DNA of 64,000 nt, from NCBI GenBank assembly GCA_950097015.1, contig CATNEN010000038.1, positions 9,238,001-9,302,000 on the forward strand. The letters are read 5' to 3'. The notes beneath the pieces are model-generated. The model worked only from the letters and a program-made list of their open reading frames with translations, did not search any database and was not told the DNA's origin. This document shows positions 60,866-64,000 of the stretch, in pieces (position 1 is the stretch's first letter; each line of letters opens with the position of its first letter). Position numbers and translations under genes: made by a program. This stretch comes from Macrostomum hystrix. Taxonomy: Eukaryota; Animalia; Platyhelminthes.

Positions 60866-61689
60866 ACCGAAGCAAGGGTTGATACTCTTAGTCGGCGAAT
60901 CCCATTGCGCCTTGACTCACCGAGGAAGTGCGGCTTGTCTGAGGCAGCTGTTGTCCGTAGCATCAGAGCGGAGTCGGTTTGACTCCCTAAGGCATATTGG
61001 ACAACTACATGCTGCAGATGCTCAGTCTCTCACAAGCGTCTCCATGGAAACAGCTAAAAGCAAAAAACACATTTGTCTAAGTAAAGTGTTTTCCGCGCAC
61101 CCGAATCTTAGTGTGACACCGACACGAGCGTCAATCAGTGCCTAGTCGCACTAGTCGAGACTAGTGGAATCTCAAAGTGAATCCAAGTGCAATTTCAAAT
61201 CTGATTAATTATGATACGATATTTTTTACGATAACAGCGCGTGGCCCCCTCTGATTGGCAGTAGCGGCAGCAGCCAATAGGAGCTGAGCGCGATCCGCAG
61301 AAGGCAGCCGCAGCTCTCACTCGCGTAACGACGCCTCGACGCAGACGACACAGCGCTGTCGAAATATATAATATTTTTAAATATTATAATGTCAAGTGAC
61401 TTTAAACTAGTACGAATATATATAACTTATTGATTATATTGATTATTGAGAAAAAATTTTTTGATTTTACGTAGTGTTACAACCATATTATCGATTAACA
61501 TTTTAAGTTTTAGCAAAGCTATTTAGAACTAAGGAGGTTATAATTGGTCTTCGAAAGACCGAGAAATAGAAAAAAAGCTTCATTAATTAATCAATAGTTG
61601 AAATGACTTTTTGATGCAGTCAATTTTCAGCAGTCGATTGTTGTATAGAACCAGCTGCAAAGTGGCTAACAGCTTGTTTACACCTTGTT

Positions 61690-62000
61690 CGCCTCTCGCA
61701 CCAAGGTCCCTGAGCTCGATTCCGCGGCGAGGACACAATAAATTGGGGCGCAGCTGCGAAGAGAAGGCTTGGGGCGTGTCGCGCAATTACGCACTTGAGG
61801 GCCAACCTCCAAGGCACAGTGAAGTGTACACTGCCTGACGATGAGAAAGTCAGGGCAGATGTACACACCTGTGTGAGCGTGCGTAGTATCTGTGTTCGTG
61901 TGTGCTTAGGAGTAATCGAAATGGGCAGTGATTGCCTCCTCCCTGGCTGCAGGTCTGTCGCCATTTCCTGCAGCCCTCCAAACTGTTATTTTTATTATTG
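61690..62000 (+). mobile_element. SINE family 1, slightly 5'-truncated
   Basis: Aligns with 54345-54678 (GCCTCTCGCACCAAGGTCCCT..GTGTACACTGCCTGACGATGAGAAAGTCAGGGCAGATGTACACAC), degenerate TTA tail. Confidence 0.88.
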
Positions 62001-62274
62001 CCCAGAGACACGGCGGGGGCTGCTGTTTCTCTCGAGTCCCCAGGAGACTCGGGCAGGTAGATTAATCAGAGCCTGAGCACTGGCAGCCACAGACACTCAG
62101 CTTGAGCTCGGCGCACCTGTGAGAACCCGCCATTGTCGGCTAATCTATTTGTGTTTTGACTCACCGAGTGGCTGCCAACATCCGCTGAGTTCGCAGCTCC
62201 TGAATGGGAGGCTGAGGAGTTCCCACTGGGATCTGCAACGCCTCATCAGAGCTGATTGGCAGAGATATGCATAG

Positions 62275-62507
62275 GCGGTGCATATGGCGTAGGCGGCAGC
62301 GGAGGTAGCGGAGGCGGCGGCGGAGGTAGCGGAGGCGGCGGCGGCTTCAGCGGCGGTGGAGCTGGCACGGAAGTCGGTCAGGCGGGAGGTGGCGGAGGCT
62401 CCTTCTGCTCCGGCAGCCGCTGCAACGCCACAGCCGGTGGCAACTCGGCAAGCCAGCACGGTCGAGTCGTCGTAGCGGCCGTCGGCATCGATAACTGCTA
62501 CGGCTGA
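62275..62507 (+). CDS. Terminal exon of an ALK/LTK-type glycine-rich-domain protein; upstream exons not identified
   Basis: GGAYGVGGSGG..GGGGGFSGGGAG..AGGGGGSFCSGSRC..GGNS..HGRVVV resembles the C-terminus of Gly-rich domains. Acceptor CATAG at 62274; AATAAA at 62596. Confidence 0.55.
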
Positions 62508-63170
62508 CGGCACCAGCGACTGCCTCTGGGCCAACTGAAACTGCTCAGCACACAGAGAACTCAAGCACAGAGTTCGAAATTTCGCTTGCGCTCGAAATAA
62601 AAATGTGTAAATTTTATTCCTGTCTCGAAAAAGCAAACAATAGTTTCCTGGTTCTCTTTTATCAGCACGCCTTTGTCTTAGTCGAATATTTCAATTCATT
62701 TTTTAAAACAAGGAGTAGTCCAAGCTACACTTGATACGTTGAGTTATCGAATCCTGAACCTCGCGAAAAACACTCTAATTTCCTTCACACGTCACTGGCT
62801 GCTTCACACCCGATAGACTTTAATTGTCGAATTACTCGTATTAGCTTGAATAGCATTCATGGGCAGGAAAATCATATTGATGTGCACGGAAACACGCGTT
62901 TAAAATTTAGAGCAGGAAGTAAATAGAAATGGATATAATAATATCTATGTAAATTATATTTTATTGAAAAGAACTACAAGTCACAGCATTCACTGTACTT
63001 GACATGTAATCTCGAGCAGATGAATAATATAAGCAAATGATTGAGTTCAAAATCTTGGGAGCAGCGCATTTTAGATCCTTCCGGTTCGGGGGTTCTCACG
63101 CTTGAAGACCCTGAGGGCCCATTCGGTGGTCGCATGAGCAAAGATGTTGCTCTTGTAAGAGAAACGAGGC

Positions 63171-63998
63171 TCAGTTAGCGAAGGGAAAGTACAGCGGTTT
63201 CCTCAGCGTCGTCACGGACTCGACCACCTGCCTGCCGTCGGTCTCGCGAAACACCCGCCCCGCGATTTTCGGCAGCAGCTGGGTGAACTCCACGGATCTC
63301 AGATCAGCCTCCAGGATGGCGTCCCGGAGCGCCTGGCTGAAGATGCCACCGTTAGTCGGGCATCTCTCTGACTTCAGGCCCTCTGAGGTGCTGTAGATGT
63401 ACAGACAGTCCTCCAGACCCTGCAAGCAGCTCCTGGGCTCCAGATGGGGTCCAGCCTCGCGACAGGCTTGAATAACAAAGATCTTCGGCTTCCCAGATAG
63501 CCCGGGACACTCTCTCACCTGGCGAAACAAAGACTCGAGGCCTGCCCTCTCATCGTCGGAGCCGTACACCCAGCCGTACTGGCCGTGGCTCATAACGCAC
63601 AGCAGGAAGGCGTCATGCTGCGCATAGTCTGACACGGGTCTGTTCAGACTGGGCAGGTGTTTGCTCAGGAAGTGGCTGGTCGTATTCTCGTGAATCTCTA
63701 CCTGCAGGCCAAGCCGCTTGAATGCCTGGTACAGTCCTGTCTCGTGTGTATCGGCCTTGGCGCCGTCCCTTCTGTTTAACTCCGGGCCTTTAAAGTCAAT
63801 GTTGTTAATCACAATCGCTACGCCTCGTGTGCGACTGAGCATGCTGTACCTGAGGTCCTCGCCAGCCAGGGGGTCAAGCAGCTGCGATGGGTGGAGCGGC
63901 TGCCCGGTGCCGACCTCCAGCGCTTCGCTCCACGGCTGCAGTTGCAGAGACTCGTCACCAGCGGCTGCCGTCGACTCGCTCGATGCGTCCAATTGATG
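63171..63998 (-). CDS. Caspase (peptidase C14A), atypical QACRE active site; 5' end outside the window
   Basis: RGVAIVINNIDF, RDGAKAD, CVMSHG (catalytic His), GKPKIFVIQACR (catalytic Cys), DCLYIYST and TTLRKPLYF. The frame is open to the window edge; minus-strand AATAAA at 62960-62965. Confidence 0.92.
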   Translation of the reverse strand, partial: HQLDASSESTAAAGDESLQLQPWSEALEVGTGQPLHPSQLLDPLAGEDLRYSMLSRTRGVAIVINNIDFKGPELNRRDGAKADTHETGLYQAFKRLGLQVEIHENTTSHFLSKHLPSLNRPVSDYAQHDAFLLCVMSHGQYGWVYGSDDERAGLESLFRQVRECPGLSGKPKIFVIQACREAGPHLEPRSCLQGLEDCLYIYSTSEGLKSERCPTNGGIFSQALRDAILEADLRSVEFTQLLPKIAGRVFRETDGRQVVESVTTLRKPLYFPFAN

Positions 63999-64000
63999 TC

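Noticed and set aside
57978-61145. 871-aa ESKQELML coiled-coil ORF
   Set aside because: Satellite translation interrupted by a stop at ~58515; the alternative frame is reported as a low-confidence finding instead.

Overview
Eukaryotic (metazoan) genomic DNA with spliceosomal introns, GC-rich exons and about 25 minisatellite arrays. The style suggests a flatworm such as Macrostomum, which is an inference. No prokaryotic features, CRISPR arrays, rRNA or true tRNA genes were found. The left third is a decayed tandem segmental duplication (~1-14.5 kb vs ~16.5-22.1 kb). It carries an unknown 3-exon gene with a deleted copy, piggyBac and P-element/THAP9 transposase relics, and two 3-exon genes for secreted, probably GPI-anchored Ly6/uPAR (three-finger) proteins that the ORF track mostly misses. 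These two paralogues are the main finding. Their signal peptide, introns, Cys codons and GPI tail are almost identical, but across exon 2 and the Cys-domain part of exon 3 they differ at about 36 replacement codons versus 1 purely synonymous codon (hand alignment). That pattern indicates a hypervariable surface-recognition or toxin-like family. The right half holds an 8-exon Ack-like/PR2 tyrosine kinase, mitochondrial ABCB10, a BEN-like gene, an orphan glycine-rich terminal exon and an atypical QACRE caspase. In ABCB10, a SINE insertion duplicated and thereby rescued a splice acceptor. There is also an orphan heat-shock promoter pointing antisense into one Ly6 copy. Most long ORFs in the track are minisatellite read-throughs. 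All alignments and counts were done by eye.
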